A stretch of 64,000 nt of DNA from an uncultured Lentisphaerales bacterium (GCA_943788985.1 CALSSJ010000032.1:65320-129319); one strand, 5' to 3'; positions 1-12,354 are shown, counted from the stretch's first letter. Made by a program: numbers and translations. The notes: generated from the letters alone by a model not told the origin.

Positions 1-817
1 CGGTAAAGGCCCCTTTCTCGTGCCCGAACAGTTCGCTTTCCACCAACCCTTCTGGCAATGCTGCGCAATTCACGCCTACAAAGGGCCCATTTCGCCGGCT
101 GCTTCCGTAGTGCAATGCGCGGGCTACCAGCTCTTTGCCCGTCCCGGACTCGCCGCGAATCAACACCGTTGCGGGACTATCCGCGATCTGAGAAATTAGA
201 TTGTAGATCCCGCGCATTGCTGCGCAATTGCCGATGAGGTTGTTGGGGCGGTACTGGTCACTGAGTTCGGCGCGAAGCTCTCGATTCTCGCGGACCAGCG
301 CCTCCCGCTCCTCCATTTGCAGGCGGATTCCAGCGATTGCTTCCGCCAGAACATTACAGATGATCTGAAGAAAGCTCAGGTTGTCACTGAGTTCCTCTTC
401 GTTCCCCATCAGACGATCAATACTGAGCGTGCCGATGACATCTCCGCTGTGCACGATTGGCACACAGATAAAGGCAAGCTGGGCATCACCCCGCGCACCA
501 GTTCGATCAAGAAACCTGTCATCCTCGCTGATATTAGGAACCATCAGGGCTTTACCAGTCTCAGCCACTAAGCCAGTTACGCCTTCACCTATCCGGTATT
601 GTCCCAGCAACTGTGCATCTGCCGAAAGGCCCTTTGAAGCCTCGATAGTGAGGATGTTAGTGCCAGGTTTACGGATGGTGACAGTTCCGCGTTGCAACCC
701 CAACTCATGATCAAGGATATCGAAGACTTCCCGCAACAACGCACCAATGTCTTTATGGTGCGTCACGGCCTGGCTGATGCGATATAGCATCTCTAATTCG
801 CGCTTGCCTTGCGCCAT
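1..817 (-). CDS. NifA-like sigma-54 enhancer-binding regulator (GAF + AAA), runs off the window edge
   Basis: Not in the ORF track; translated by hand. [22 protein letters not shown] (GAF), then [52 protein letters not shown] upstream. Confidence 0.93.
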   Translation of the reverse strand, partial: MAQGKRELEMLYRISQAVTHHKDIGALLREVFDILDHELGLQRGTVTIRKPGTNILTIEASKGLSADAQLLGQYRIGEGVTGLVAETGKALMVPNISEDDRFLDRTGARGDAQLAFICVPIVHSGDVIGTLSIDRLMGNEEELSDNLSFLQIICNVLAEAIAGIRLQMEEREALVRENRELRAELSDQYRPNNLIGNCAAMRGIYNLISQIADSPATVLIRGESGTGKELVARALHYGSSRRNGPFVGVNCAALPEGLVESELFGHEKGAFT

Positions 818-926
818 GACATTATCCTTACAAATTTGTAGTCTACCCAGTGCTAACCTTCGTTATTGTTGTTACGTTAACGAAGAATGCCATTTTTGTA
901 GCAATTTAATCCGACCCAAAACCCGA

Positions 927-942
927 AGCAGGAAGCATGCCA
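927..942 (-). promoter_or_regulatory. Putative sigma-54 -24/-12 promoter
   Basis: Minus strand reads TGGCATGCTTCCTGCT: GG-N10-GC spacing, close to TGGCAC-N5-TTGC, about 110 nt upstream of the regulator start. Confidence 0.55.
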
Positions 943-963
943 TGATTCTGGGAGGGGCTGCAT

Positions 964-3900
964 TTACAGCAGTGGAAGGATGTATACCCAGTATCCGACC
1001 CCGGGCTCGAATAGGCCATAGTGGCGACTGTAGGCTCGCTCCTGCGGATCCCAACTCCACACGATCAGAATCTCATCAGAATTCTCGACGAATGAACCCG
1101 CGTCTAGGTCGCCGAAAGGAGGAAGGGCTCGCTGACCGATCATGTGCCAGCCCGGAGTCAGAGTGGACTGTATAATCGGTTCCAAGATTCCGGTTAGCGG
1201 CACGGTCCTAGCAGTCAGGGGCCAAAAGTTGAAATAGCCGGAGCCCGGCTGAAAATCTTGCTCGAGAACCAGCGTGGTGCCATTCCAGCGGAAGCCGCCG
1301 TACAGGCCCTGCGCGCGCAGACCAGCCAGATCAACGGGCTCAATGGTGACCGGGTGCGCTGTTACCTGCCAGCCCAGCACTTGCTTTACGAAATACGGGA
1401 CCGCACCATACAGAATTTGGAAACGCCGGACTACGTCTGGCTCGATGCTTAGGCTCTGCTGATCTGCCATGGCAATAAGATTGGTCGCGTCCAGTGGGGC
1501 ATCAGCCTCATTTACCTCGAGCAGATATAGCCCGGACGTGAGAAGTGTGGACGCCGTCCAAGACAGCTCTATTCCCGCGGCCTCATGAGTCGTATCTACA
1601 GTCATGGTCCAAGACCCGGTTTCCGCCACCGGGCGATAATCGGAGGCCAGATCCAACGCCGGCGACTCGAAGAAGGCCCGGTTTCCGGTGGTTGGCGTTG
1701 CACCTCGATCAGGCCGAGGGGTACCGACGTCGAAGCCATTGGTCGCCTTTGCCTCCATACCGATGCGCAGGACTGGATCCGGACCACCAGCGACTGTCAT
1801 GCTAAACGTCCAGCCTAAGCTAAACGTAGCTGTCGCGGATCCGCTCTGGGCTCCGTCATTGTCCTTCACGCGATAGACGAGGTCGTCTTCGCCACCTCTG
1901 AAGCGCGAGGCGGTGTAGCGAAGGGTGCCTGTCGTGGGGACAAATGATGAGATTGTGCCAAGGCGAGGGTCCGTAAGAACCTCCAAGACCAGCTCGTCTG
2001 TACCATCTGCCAGGTCTGGATCGACAATCCCCAAGTTGAATGTCTGCCCGTCGCCGGCATCTAGCGCATAGCTGCGATTGGCGACAACCGGAGGCGTGTT
2101 CTGAATCGTGAAGGCTGCCGTCGCAGGCTTGTTTGTCACGGCTCCCGCTCCATAGGGATCCGTCTCGGCTGTTGCGGTCATCAGCCACTGCTGGTGTTTG
2201 GCTGTGTTTCCAGCTGTCAGCTGTGCTGCTTCTATCAGCGTGTTGCCGGTGGTCCACCGCAGTGAGTGACCTGTCACCGCATCCCCGTCAGGATCTGCGC
2301 CCTGACTCACGAGTGTGAGCGAGATCTGGTCGGTAGTGCGGGGGGCGAGCGGTGTAACCTGAACCTCTGGGGCAGGCGCTAGACGATCCGTATCGTTCAC
2401 GGTCAGGGCGGTCCAGACTAGTGAGGCTGTCTGGCCTGCTGTATCCCAGACTCGCAAGCCGACTGTGCCTGCAGCCGACATCGCTGGATGCTGAACATGC
2501 TCGTGCGGAGGCACAATCTGGGCTCCGGTCTCGTCGCCAGAGGCCGTGTTGCCCGCGAAAAACCACGACACTTCGAGCGGTGGAATCCCGCCCCGTAAAC
2601 TAATGCCAAACGGTGAGGCCACGCCCTCTGTCACCGTGATCGGGTCATTAACCTGACCTAGGGATGCTGGACCCGTGAATGTGCCAGGGCTTGCCGTAAG
2701 AATCTGCAAGCGTTCGTCTGTGCTTGGATCTCCGCCAGATTGAAACTCTACAAGATTAACCACGCCATCAGCATCGGGGTCACTATCCCGGCTGGAAAGC
2801 AGATCTGGGAGATACAGGAACTCCCAACTATCTGAAAGCGAGTCCCCATCTAGGTCAAGCGGCACGGTGATCACAATTGTGTCTATCCCGCTCCGGGCCT
2901 GATCGTCTTCAATCATCACGGTCAGTGTATACGTGCCAGGGGTTGCGAACTCCGCAACCAGATCGTTGGCGAAGACGCCGCCGTTATATAGTCCGAAGTC
3001 AGCTCCAGCCTCTGCGGCCGACCAGGTGTAGGCTAAAAAGAAGCTGTTGCCTGGGTTGGTGCCTGATACTGTCAACTGGGCACGTAGTGGCTCTCCGGCT
3101 ATTGCGGTGGCAGCCAATGTCAGGACCTGCGGCGGGTCCGAGAGGAACTCGTAGGAGAATTCCGCGCTCGCGATTGGGCTTGGTTGATAACCAGTGGCAA
3201 AGGTGCGGGCTTTGACGATCGTCCAGCCGTCCACGATGAAGGCCGCAGTGTACAACGTACTGGCCTCGGTCGGGGTGGTGCCGTCGACCGTGTAGCGGAT
3301 CTCACTGCCGAGAGCGGCTCCCAGCGTGACGGACGTTTCGCGGGAAATGACCCCGCCGTGAGGCGTGATGCTGGGCGTGACACTCACGCCCAATGCGCCC
3401 TGGCCACTTCGCGAATTGTTAGACTCGTTGCTCTCGGCTACTGTGTTTGCGAAGTCCGCAAACACAGTGACGTAGGTACCAGTTGGTAGCGCCAACGTCA
3501 GCTCGGACTCTGCACCGGCAGATAGTACCTGACCGGCTACATCTGTGAGGGGCGCACCAGCACTGTCGACTACCCGGATGGTGTAGGAGGCGGCGCTGGT
3601 TTCTCCAAGATTCTCGATTACGAACGTCGTGTCCTGCTTGTCTTTACTGTGGTACACGGTCCGTACGGAGGCCACAGTGAGGTCTGGAAGAAATACCTGC
3701 TGGTCCGTGTCGTTGTTGGTCTCATCGCCCTCTGTGACTGCGTCGCCGGAATCAGCGTGGGCCGACAGCGTCAAGGGGGCGATCGGTGCCAGGCCCAGAA
3801 CCCAGTTTGCAGTGAAGCTTTCCGATTGACCGGGGGCAAGTGCGGAGATTTCACGCGTTGCCACTTCATTTCCATCCAGTTTGATACTCACGCTGCTAGC

Positions 3901-6900
3901 TGGAGCGGAAGCCGTTCCGATATTGGTAATGGTCACGTCGACCGCCGCATTCAGGCCGTCCAGGTGGACGGAACTATCAAAGCGCGAGGTCAGGTCTGAA
4001 GAGTCTACTAGAAAATCTGCCACCAAAGCGACGTCATCTTGAGACGCCCGCCGGACATCGACAAGCGGTGGATCTATTGGCACGATCACGCCGATTGAAC
4101 CGTCCGCCAGGGCGGCGACATTGCGAACGACCAAAATCTCGTCGCCGGGCAGCACCGTGGCGGTTGGCGTGCGTTCAAAGGCTGTTTCGGGGCTCAGCAG
4201 GTAGGGAGGGAGCCAGCCAAGTCCATCCTGCGAAGTTTGCAAAACAGTGAGCTGCTGACCGATCTCAGTTTGTCGTGGGTAGATCAGAGCGTGGGTGGTG
4301 CTATCGCTGCTCCGCGCGGAAATCAGGTCCAAGTTGCCTACCGATCCGCCGGGGGTGGTGATCGTGGTCGGACTCTGGGTTGCGGCCGCGGGTGCCTCGA
4401 CTAGGTCGTCTTCCTGCAGCCATATCAGCCACGGGGCGCCAGCGCGCATAAATAGCTGAGGGGCATGGTCGGCCGCAGTATCGGCTGTCAACTGCTGCAG
4501 GGCTGCCCAAGTTCCTGAGCTGCGGTTAAAGGTCGCGAGAAAAAGCTCCCGGTCGGCTCCGGTTTCAGCATCGAAATCTGTATCAATAGCGACAACCGCG
4601 TAGATCTCATTGCCAGTAAACAGGATGTCGACGTCTAAGATCGGGCCCACGGATAATGCTCCGCTGATGCCTCCTGGGGTGGTCCAGCCTACTTGCGGGT
4701 CGTAGTAGGCGAACATCAGGACATTCTGCTCGGCCTGCGTCCCTACTAGATTATTGGAGTTGTTGCGGGTCCAGATTGCCATCGCTGAGCCATCGCCGGT
4801 CATCGCAAGATGGGGGGAGTGGTCGTAAAGGCGGTCGTTTGTCAGCGTAGTCGTCTCCGACCAAGTATCCGAAGTACGGTCATAGTGTCGAACTGCGATT
4901 TCCTGCAGGCGGGCCACGTCACCGATGCTTGCGGTATCAGAGAGGGGCGCTGCGGTATTCTGCCAGATCACAACGAAGCTGTCATCGCTGCCTGCCACGG
5001 CTGGTGCAAAGTCCGCGGTGCCGTCGTTGAACAAAACTTCGGAAGCCTGCCAACTGCCGTCGTAGAGTTGAACGTTGAGCATGGTGCGGTTTTCGAGTGT
5101 GCGTGTGCCGTCGTCACCGATCCAGGCGAGTAGTGCTTCGTCGCCGGAAGAGGCGACCGTGGGGTGACTGTAGGGGTAAACGTGCTGATGTAGCCCGGCG
5201 ATCCCGTCGCTTGCTGCCAGATATCCACGGCCAAGTTGCTGCCAGTTAGCGCGTGCTCCGCCGGAACGGCTTGCTGAGCCAATTTCATTCCATTGGAATG
5301 TCCAGGCGTTTACGAGGGCCTCGAAACCCAAGAGGCTGGTGCGGTACTCGCCGCCGGTAACCAGTAAGCTGCCGAGTCGGTCGTTGGCCGGACTTGGCGT
5401 GACCTCCTGCTCGCCAGCGAATCCGATGGCAATATCGAGATTCACCCCTTGCAGGATCTCCGAGCCATCAGTCCAAATACCCTGGAGCGAGGTTGTGATC
5501 TGGCCGTCCCAGGCAAGTGCATCTGTAGAGTCAGTCGGTGTTGGAAGTGTCGATAGCGACCACTCGACCCGGCCGCCGATGGGCACATAGGGGCTGATCG
5601 GCACGTTCGGCGGATTCACCCCACGCGTTGGTAAACTTGCGACACCAGATGTGATGTCGTGCTCATGCTGTTGCACGTTCCAAGTATCTGTATCGGTCTC
5701 GTATTGCAAGTCTATGGTGGTAGAGAATGTTCCGGGCAGTGGCTCGCCCAACTGGATCTCAAAGGGCCCGGTAGCCAGGACAACGGCAGATCCGTTCTCG
5801 TGGAGGGTGAATTGGATATTCAAGTCAGTGTCGCCAATCCCGAAGGCACTCCCAGTGAGCATCGGGAAAAACTCATCGACGATTGCCGGGGCGGCATAAA
5901 CCAGCGGCTGCGGCGTGGCACTCCAATCACTGCGCAGCTCGTAGCGAATCGTAGCCTCATCAGTCACGGCTCGCAGCTCAATTCCGGTAATTTGAAGCGG
6001 CGGCTGCGCTACCTCGAAGTTGGCGTCGTACCAGTTGCCGGTATTGCCCTCGGCATCAATAAGTCGGACCTGAAGGCGCCCGCCTGGACCGAACATGCCG
6101 CCCACTTCGATTGCCCGAGTGAGGAGCACAGCATCTTGTTGAGCGCGGCCGGTCGGAGCGGAGAATTCGATAACACCTGGCTCGGCTCCAGCCCAATCCG
6201 GGACGATCTCCAGTTCCAGTCGCAATGGAACGGTGTCGAGAAACACCGCAGGCTTGGTGTATGATGAGAACTGGGTGCGAAGATCTAGCACGCGGAGTAA
6301 TGAGCGCGTATCCACAAAGAAGGTACTGCTGGTGACAAATTCCCCGGAAACCGTGTTCAGCAGCCCGAGTTGCATGTCGGTGCTGACACCTTCCTTCCAG
6401 TCAAGGCCAGCGTGCCAGGTGAGGTCACTGGTCTGCCACTCGGTGGTCGGGGAGACTGCCAACGGGCCATCGACGGTCTGCACGTCAATCTGATTCCAGG
6501 TAAGCCCACGGTCACTGGACGCGACCAGAGCAAGCTGCGCGAAGGCTGAAACGTCGTCCCGATAGCGAAAGCTCCCCTGAACCAACGCTGTGGAGCCGGC
6601 CCCGGCGGAAAAGGCTTCTAGCCATTCCATGGTGGAGGTGCTGACGTCGCTTCGCCACAGAATGTTACCTGCGGTGAGCGCGTCCGCTTCGCGATGCCCT
6701 TCACTCAGGGACGCGCGCACGAGGTAGCCAGTGTCCCGCTCAAGTGTGGCGCCATCGCTGTCTCGAAAGTCTGCGAGTCTAAACTCGGCGGACACTTCGC
6801 CGCTGCTAGTCATGAAGACAGCTGCGGGCCCATCAGCCGGTGTATGCAGGCCTTCGCCAATGATGCTGACGTTCAGAGCCAGGGGAACTGCCGAGTTACT

Positions 6901-7324
6901 CAGATTGGTGACCGCCACAGATACTCGAATGGTGTCCGGGGAGGTCCAGACGAATGCGGCCGAATCGGATACGAACGAGAGCCTCGCGAGAATCCACCGG
7001 GAACCCCGCGGATTCCTCGGAGTCGATGCTATTGGAGAACGCGGTATTTGCCGCGAACGAGCCAGTCGCTGAGGACGCGTAAGGCGGTTCAAGCACTCCC
7101 GGCCACTCATGCCAACGGGTGCTAATCGTAAAGCTGAGCGACTCGGCCTGTGACTCCTTGTCGCGAGTGAAATCTCCCGGCCATTCATTCCAGCCGGTGT
7201 GCGCGAGAAAGAAATTGGAGATCGCAAAGCTCTGCGCCCGCGGCTCCTGCGCCATGGCGCAGGTGGCTCCCAGGACTAGGAGAGCGGCGAGGTGTGCCCG
7301 CCAGTTTGTCGCACGCAGGTGCAT
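964..7324 (-). CDS. Giant secreted/surface protein (~2100 aa): propeller-like repeats, two CARDB domains, chitobiase/Fn3-associated domain, Ig/cadherin-like domain, duplicated C-terminal GW..PGxGYW module; one frameshift near 6985
   Basis: Signal-peptide-like MHLRATNWRAHLAALLVLGATCAMA in ORF 6896..7411 joins ORF 964..7227 if one G is removed (GAG-G-CTC). CARDB motifs D..V.E.DETNN and V.ESNESNN. IRYTVDGTTPTEASTLY. DxDxDG motifs. Confidence 0.8.
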
Positions 7325-7343
7325 CCGCATCCGAAATACCGGA

Positions 7344-8588
7344 CTATTGGTTGATCGAACGTCGGACGACACGAAAGCCCAGGTCGGGACCGAAGCTGCC
7401 TGGCGCATCACCGCGCCGGCCTGCGATGCGGAGTTCTAGGACGGGGTCGCTCCAACTGCCGCCTCGGATGGTGCGCGTTCCCCAAGGATGGGTGAGCGAG
7501 TTTACTTGATGATCCACTGAGTCTGCGCTGGGATAAGGATACGGGCTGTAGCCGGAACGGCACCACTCGCGCACATTGCCAGCCATGTCATAGAGGCCAT
7601 TGTCGTTGGCTTGATCGAAACCGACTGGGATTTGCCCGCCGTTGTAGGAACCCACTTGAGTGGTTTTGTATAGCTGGCTTTCGAAAATGTCGCCGCTGTT
7701 CAGGAAGTTCGCTTTGCTTACCATGTCATCGACAGTGCCGTCTGTTGTCATCGGGTAGGCTTCGTGGTCCGCGCCAGCTAGTTTGGTGGGACCGCGGGCG
7801 GCCATTTCCCATTCGGCTTCAGTCGGCAGATCGTACACAGTGTCGCCGGTAGTGTAGTACTGGCAGAAGGCGATCGCGCCATACCAGCTGACGTTGACCA
7901 CTGGATGTTTTACGTAGTTTTCTGAGATTGTGAAGGTATCGCCGATTTTGGTAATGCGGATCGGATCGGTCTGCCCGTTGTAGAGCAGCTTGCCAGCAAA
8001 CGGCCCGCTTAGGGCAAAGGCGGATGCGTTGATCATCTGAATCTCGCCCGCGGTCCACGCGGCGCGGAGAAATTCGGCGTATTGCTCATTCGTGACCTCG
8101 AACTTGCTGATCTCAAACTGGTTGATGGTCACTTGGCTGGTGGGGACTTCATCGGAATCGCCGTCGCCTTCTGCGCTCTGCTCTCGGCCTAGCGTCAAGG
8201 TGCCCGCCGCGATTGTAGAGACCTCGAAGCTGGCTGGCTCGGGAACCGCGCCAGCGCCTGTTTCGGCGATGACTTTTACCCGCATGTCGCCATTGAACTG
8301 CCAATCATAGTCCAGACGCATGTCCCAGATAACGTGCTTCAGTGTGCCTGCAGCAATGCCGGGGCCCACATCGCCCGCTAGTGCAGCAGCAGAGGGCAAC
8401 AGAGAAAACGTCGTGCCGCCATCTGTCGAAATACGCACGATCACACGCGCGTCCTCGGACGTCGCGAGATCATAGCGAATGTCTACGAGCTTGGTGTCTG
8501 TACGCTGTAGCGCAGTCACGTTAGAAACCTGAGGCGCTGCGAGCCCCAATAGGGAAAAGACAAAGAAACCGAAACATAGTTGTTTCAT
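7344..8588 (-). CDS. Secreted SUMF1/FGE-sulfatase-domain protein
   Basis: Signal peptide MKQLCF.., then FEISKFEVTNEQY, LPTEAEWEMAARG, NGLYDMAGNVREW, RGGSW, LGFRVVR. Confidence 0.9.
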   Translation of the reverse strand: MKQLCFGFFVFSLLGLAAPQVSNVTALQRTDTKLVDIRYDLATSEDARVIVRISTDGGTTFSLLPSAAALAGDVGPGIAAGTLKHVIWDMRLDYDWQFNGDMRVKVIAETGAGAVPEPASFEVSTIAAGTLTLGREQSAEGDGDSDEVPTSQVTINQFEISKFEVTNEQYAEFLRAAWTAGEIQMINASAFALSGPFAGKLLYNGQTDPIRITKIGDTFTISENYVKHPVVNVSWYGAIAFCQYYTTGDTVYDLPTEAEWEMAARGPTKLAGADHEAYPMTTDGTVDDMVSKANFLNSGDIFESQLYKTTQVGSYNGGQIPVGFDQANDNGLYDMAGNVREWCRSGYSPYPYPSADSVDHQVNSLTHPWGTRTIRGGSWSDPVLELRIAGRRGDAPGSFGPDLGFRVVRRSINQ

Positions 8589-8741
8589 AGCAGAAAGCCT
8601 CCTGATTTGCACGTAGCATAAATTAGTTCCGCGACGCGGTCGCGGAGCGAATAATATTGACGCGTGATTCGGCAAATGCGAGCACGGCCAGCAGTCAGTT
8701 TGGAACTACGCCCTAAAGCTCGGATTCTGACGGTACTCTTT

Positions 8742-10019
8742 TCAGGCCAGCATGATGTCCTGTTTCATAGGGAATCGAAGCACGAAAGTAGCTCCGTCGG
8801 GCCCGTTTCGTGCCAGCGAGATATCCGCGCCGAAATCGCGTAAAATCCCGTGTACAATAGCCAATCCCAGGCCCGTACCACGGTCTGGACCCTTCGTCGT
8901 CATAAATGGGTCGTAGATGCGATCCACGTGTTCGTCCGGAATTCCGCCCCCTGTATCCGCGATTTCAAGGCAGACGTGAGAGCTGGTTTGGTGTGCAGAG
9001 ATTGCAATCGAGCGCTCGCCTTCGCCGCGTTCTCCGATCGCGTCACGGGCGTTGGCCACCAGATTGGTGACAACCTGCTCGAGCCGACAGGCATTTCCTC
9101 GCACGACGAACGCGGGATCCACGTTCACAGAAAGCGTAATGGAATGATTGCCCAACTGGGCACCGAGCAGGTCGAGAGTCTCGTCGACGATATGGGCAAG
9201 GTTGACGGTCTCGGTGCCGGCTTGCGCCTCGGCAGAAGCAAACTGACGCATATGCTGAATCACGTCCGCGGCGCGCTCGACCTGATGGATGATCTTCTCG
9301 AGCATTTGAGGTGCCCGGTCTTGGTGGGATTCCTCACGCTCCAAGATTACTCGCAGTGTCTCGGCGTACATCCGGATGCTGCACAACGGCTGATTCAGCT
9401 CGTGGGAGATTCCGCCAGCCATCTCGGCCAGCGCGGAAAGTCGCTGGGCGAACATTGTCTGTAAGAACAGGTCCTCGCGCGCAGACTCCAGCTCTCGTTC
9501 TTTGGCCTTGATGTCGGTAAGATCGCGGATGATTCCGGTGAACAGGTGGGCACCGTCTACCCGTGCTTCGCCCACCCCTAAATACATGGGGAACATGCTA
9601 CCGTCTTTCCGTCTACCCTCAAGTTCTCGGCCTATGCCAATAATTTGAGCGCTTCCGCCACCGATATAGCGGTCGACAAACTGCTGGTGCCTGTCTGAGT
9701 ATGACTCGGGCATCAGCGCCGTGACGGGCTTGCCGATAATCTGGCTAGGGTGGTAGCCGAAGATGCGCTCTGCCGAGCGATTGAACGAGAGAATCGTGCC
9801 GGTGGCGTCGATCGTCACGATAGCGTCGATGACTGTATCGACAATTGCGGCGTTCAGGCGATCTGCTGTCACCTGATCGCTAAGCTCTACTCCCGGCATT
9901 GCCTCTCCGTATGCATGTTCCGTAGCATCATATGGTCGCCAGATGATGCCTGCGCGTCGGGCTCTTTGCAAGCCGGATTGCGCGGAACTGGGCAAGTCCA
10001 AAGGTTCTGCGGGGGGCAT
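8742..10019 (-). CDS. FixL-like PAS sensor histidine kinase
   Basis: Heme-PAS-like LMPESYSDRH..Y..IIGIGRELEGRRKDGS. H-box SHELNQPL, N-box NLVANARDA, G-boxes DTGGGI and GTGLGL. Start uncertain. Confidence 0.9.
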   Translation of the reverse strand: MPPAEPLDLPSSAQSGLQRARRAGIIWRPYDATEHAYGEAMPGVELSDQVTADRLNAAIVDTVIDAIVTIDATGTILSFNRSAERIFGYHPSQIIGKPVTALMPESYSDRHQQFVDRYIGGGSAQIIGIGRELEGRRKDGSMFPMYLGVGEARVDGAHLFTGIIRDLTDIKAKERELESAREDLFLQTMFAQRLSALAEMAGGISHELNQPLCSIRMYAETLRVILEREESHQDRAPQMLEKIIHQVERAADVIQHMRQFASAEAQAGTETVNLAHIVDETLDLLGAQLGNHSITLSVNVDPAFVVRGNACRLEQVVTNLVANARDAIGERGEGERSIAISAHQTSSHVCLEIADTGGGIPDEHVDRIYDPFMTTKGPDRGTGLGLAIVHGILRDFGADISLARNGPDGATFVLRFPMKQDIMLA

Positions 10020-10022
10020 ACT

Positions 10023-11239
10023 TTAGAGTTTGAAGGCGATCCCGGCCCAAAGCACCGTCTCGTCTTCGCTTGCCAGCGATCCTGCTGGCGCACTTGCTTC
10101 GTAGCGAGCGAGCTTCAAAAGCGCGGAAACGCGGTCGTTGAGCTAGCGTTTCGTCTGCAGATTCAGTTCTCGGTCATACCCGCCGGAGAACTGGCCGGTG
10201 ACGTTTTCGGCAGTATTGAAGGTGTGATATCGTGCCAGCAGCTTGGTGCCTTTGATGGTGCAACTGACGTCCACGTAGGCGTCTTGCAGCCCGGAGACGG
10301 CCCCGCTGCCATTGTTGCCCAGAAACTGGTCTGACCAGCCATTGAACTTATGCCCAATGCCAGCCAGCGTGCCGAACGGGCGATCATCGCCGTCTTGTCC
10401 GGAATGACCACTATAACCAGCACCAACTCGGACGCCCTCAATGTCGGTGGCGAGATAGGTGTTAAGCATTGTCGCGTCGTGATTCTCGCCAGCTGCATAG
10501 TCGGTCTGCCAGGCTGCGGTCAGGTCATAATGCACGTCATGCGCGCAGGCGCCGCCGATTCGTGCACCCAAGGTTGCGGAGTCCGCAGCCGCGGCCGTAT
10601 CATCTTCGGTATCGAGTAGATAGCCGAACAGCGCCTGGCGATGGCCTTCGGTAGCGGTGCGCGCGGCGTGGAAGATCACGAGTGAATCCAAGTCGATATC
10701 CGTGAAAAAATCGAGTTTATCTGCCGAACTCCCGCCACATGCAAAGTGTAGCCTTCGAAGCCTGCGTACTGCAGCAGGACCGAATCGAAAGATTGGGCAT
10801 TGTTCCGCCAGCCAATGTTGCCGAGCAGGCGCGCATCATCCAGGATGATCTCGTGGCGTCCCACTCGCACGAGTGTGTCGGCCAGCCCGGAGAAGTCGAC
10901 TTAGCCCTCGTGGAGGCGTGACCCTGGAGGATCTGCGATGATATCGTGATCCGCTGCGCCGCCGCCGGGATAGCGGAAGTCTTCGACCAAGTTTGCCGCC
11001 GTCTGGCCGACAACCTTTCCACTCAAGTTCTTCCACGTATTGAACTGGTGGCCGCAACGCGCTCGCAGCGTCAGGCCTGCTGCCGTGCCTCGATCGGCCG
11101 CGTCATCGAAGTCAGAGTACTCGTAGCGCAGCTGCAAGTGGACAACGGGACTGCCCAACTCACCGGCACCTGGATCTGCATCTGCAGCGATCGAGGTGAA
11201 GGCGCAGACGCGGGCGAGGAGGAAGGGGAGGTAGCGCAT
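10023..11239 (-). pseudogene. Alginate-export-family outer-membrane beta-barrel, disrupted
   Basis: Signal peptide, then LRYEY, VGRHEIILDDARLLGNIGWRNNAQSFD and GHKFNGWSDQF in different frames. In-frame TAG at 10143-10145. Ends WAGIAFKL*. Confidence 0.75.
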
Positions 11240-11242
11240 GGT

Positions 11243-12354
11243 TCAGCTCTCGTGGGGGTTTTGGGTCAGAAATTCGGTACGGCGTGCCTTGATGCGGATG
11301 GCAACGCGGGTGAGCAGAGTAAGGACAAGCAGGCCGAGCGCCCAGATGCCGACCGTAACACAAAGGTCGACCCAACTCGGGGAGTACTCCACGATCTCAC
11401 CGAGGGGAGATGGCGTGAAGCCTGGGATGATCAGGCCCATCCCCTTCTCGATCCAGACGGCCACAAAGAGCATCGGGCAGGCCAAATACAGAAGTTTTTA
11501 GCGCCGGATTGGGTGGATGGTCAGCATGGCTGTCGCCAGCGGATTCAGGCCGATCGAGGTCCAGGTCCAAGGCACGAGCGCGTAATGCCCATCGAGCCCG
11601 AAGAACAGATAGTGTGCGCTCAGGCTGTGATGCGTCCCGTGGTAAAACTCCTTAAAAACCTCACTGCCAAGCATCACCAGGTTAATCTGGCCCGCGACAG
11701 CCGTAGTCATCGCTAGCTTGCGCATCGTGCTGCCGCGAATCTCGTAGCTGCTGCAATTTTGGACAAAGGCCAGCACAAGAATCATGAAGGCGGAGCCGGC
11801 TGCAAATGCCGAGGCCAGAAAACGAGGCCCCATCAGAGAGCTATTCCAAAACGACCTTGCTGGCAGGCCTGCGAGGAGCAAGGCGGTGACCATCTGAATG
11901 GCCACGGCCCAGAATACGCTCAGGTAGACAAACGGAACGTAGTAATTCTTGTTTGCTTCTCGCCGGTGGAAGTGGCCGTAGGGAATGTAGGAAGAATAAA
12001 CATATTTAGCGCCAGATACCAGGCCGCGAATGCATTTCCAAGGTCCAACCTGACGAACGCCATGCACATCACTAGGGCGGCCACTACCACTCCCTGGCCG
12101 ATCAGCACTGCCTTTGAGAAGTCCACATCATGAAGCACGTAGGCTGCCAGGTCGACCAGGACGGAAAAGTTGGAGATGTATAGACCCCAACTGACTTAGT
12201 CGATCTGTCCCGTGACTGCCAGTCCATCCCGGAGCTGGACGCTCCAGGCGTATAGGCCGAGGAGCATAAAGGCCGTTGGAGTCATCATCCATAGATGATA
12301 CCTGCGATCTCCGCAGATGGTTGCGCACAAAGCATATTGGCGGAAGGAAATCAT
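11243..12354 (-). pseudogene. NrfD/polysulfide-reductase-type membrane subunit, disrupted
   Basis: VSWGLYISNF, GPRFLASAFAAG, EKGMGLIIPGFTPSPLGEIVEYSP. Frameshifts plus in-frame TAA stops (near 12196 and at 11498). Start overlaps the upstream stop (TGATG). Confidence 0.85.

Noticed and set aside
1..817. Naming the gene nifA and inferring nitrogen fixation
   Set aside because: GAF-AAA architecture is shared by many regulators, and there are no nif genes in the window.
7344..7500. DGR variable region in the FGE/C-lectin-fold C-terminus
   Set aside because: No template repeat and no reverse transcriptase seen in the window; one elsewhere in the genome cannot be excluded.
7344..8588. True formylglycine-generating enzyme maturing the nearby sulfatases
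   Set aside because: Lacks the catalytic Cys pair after RGGS.
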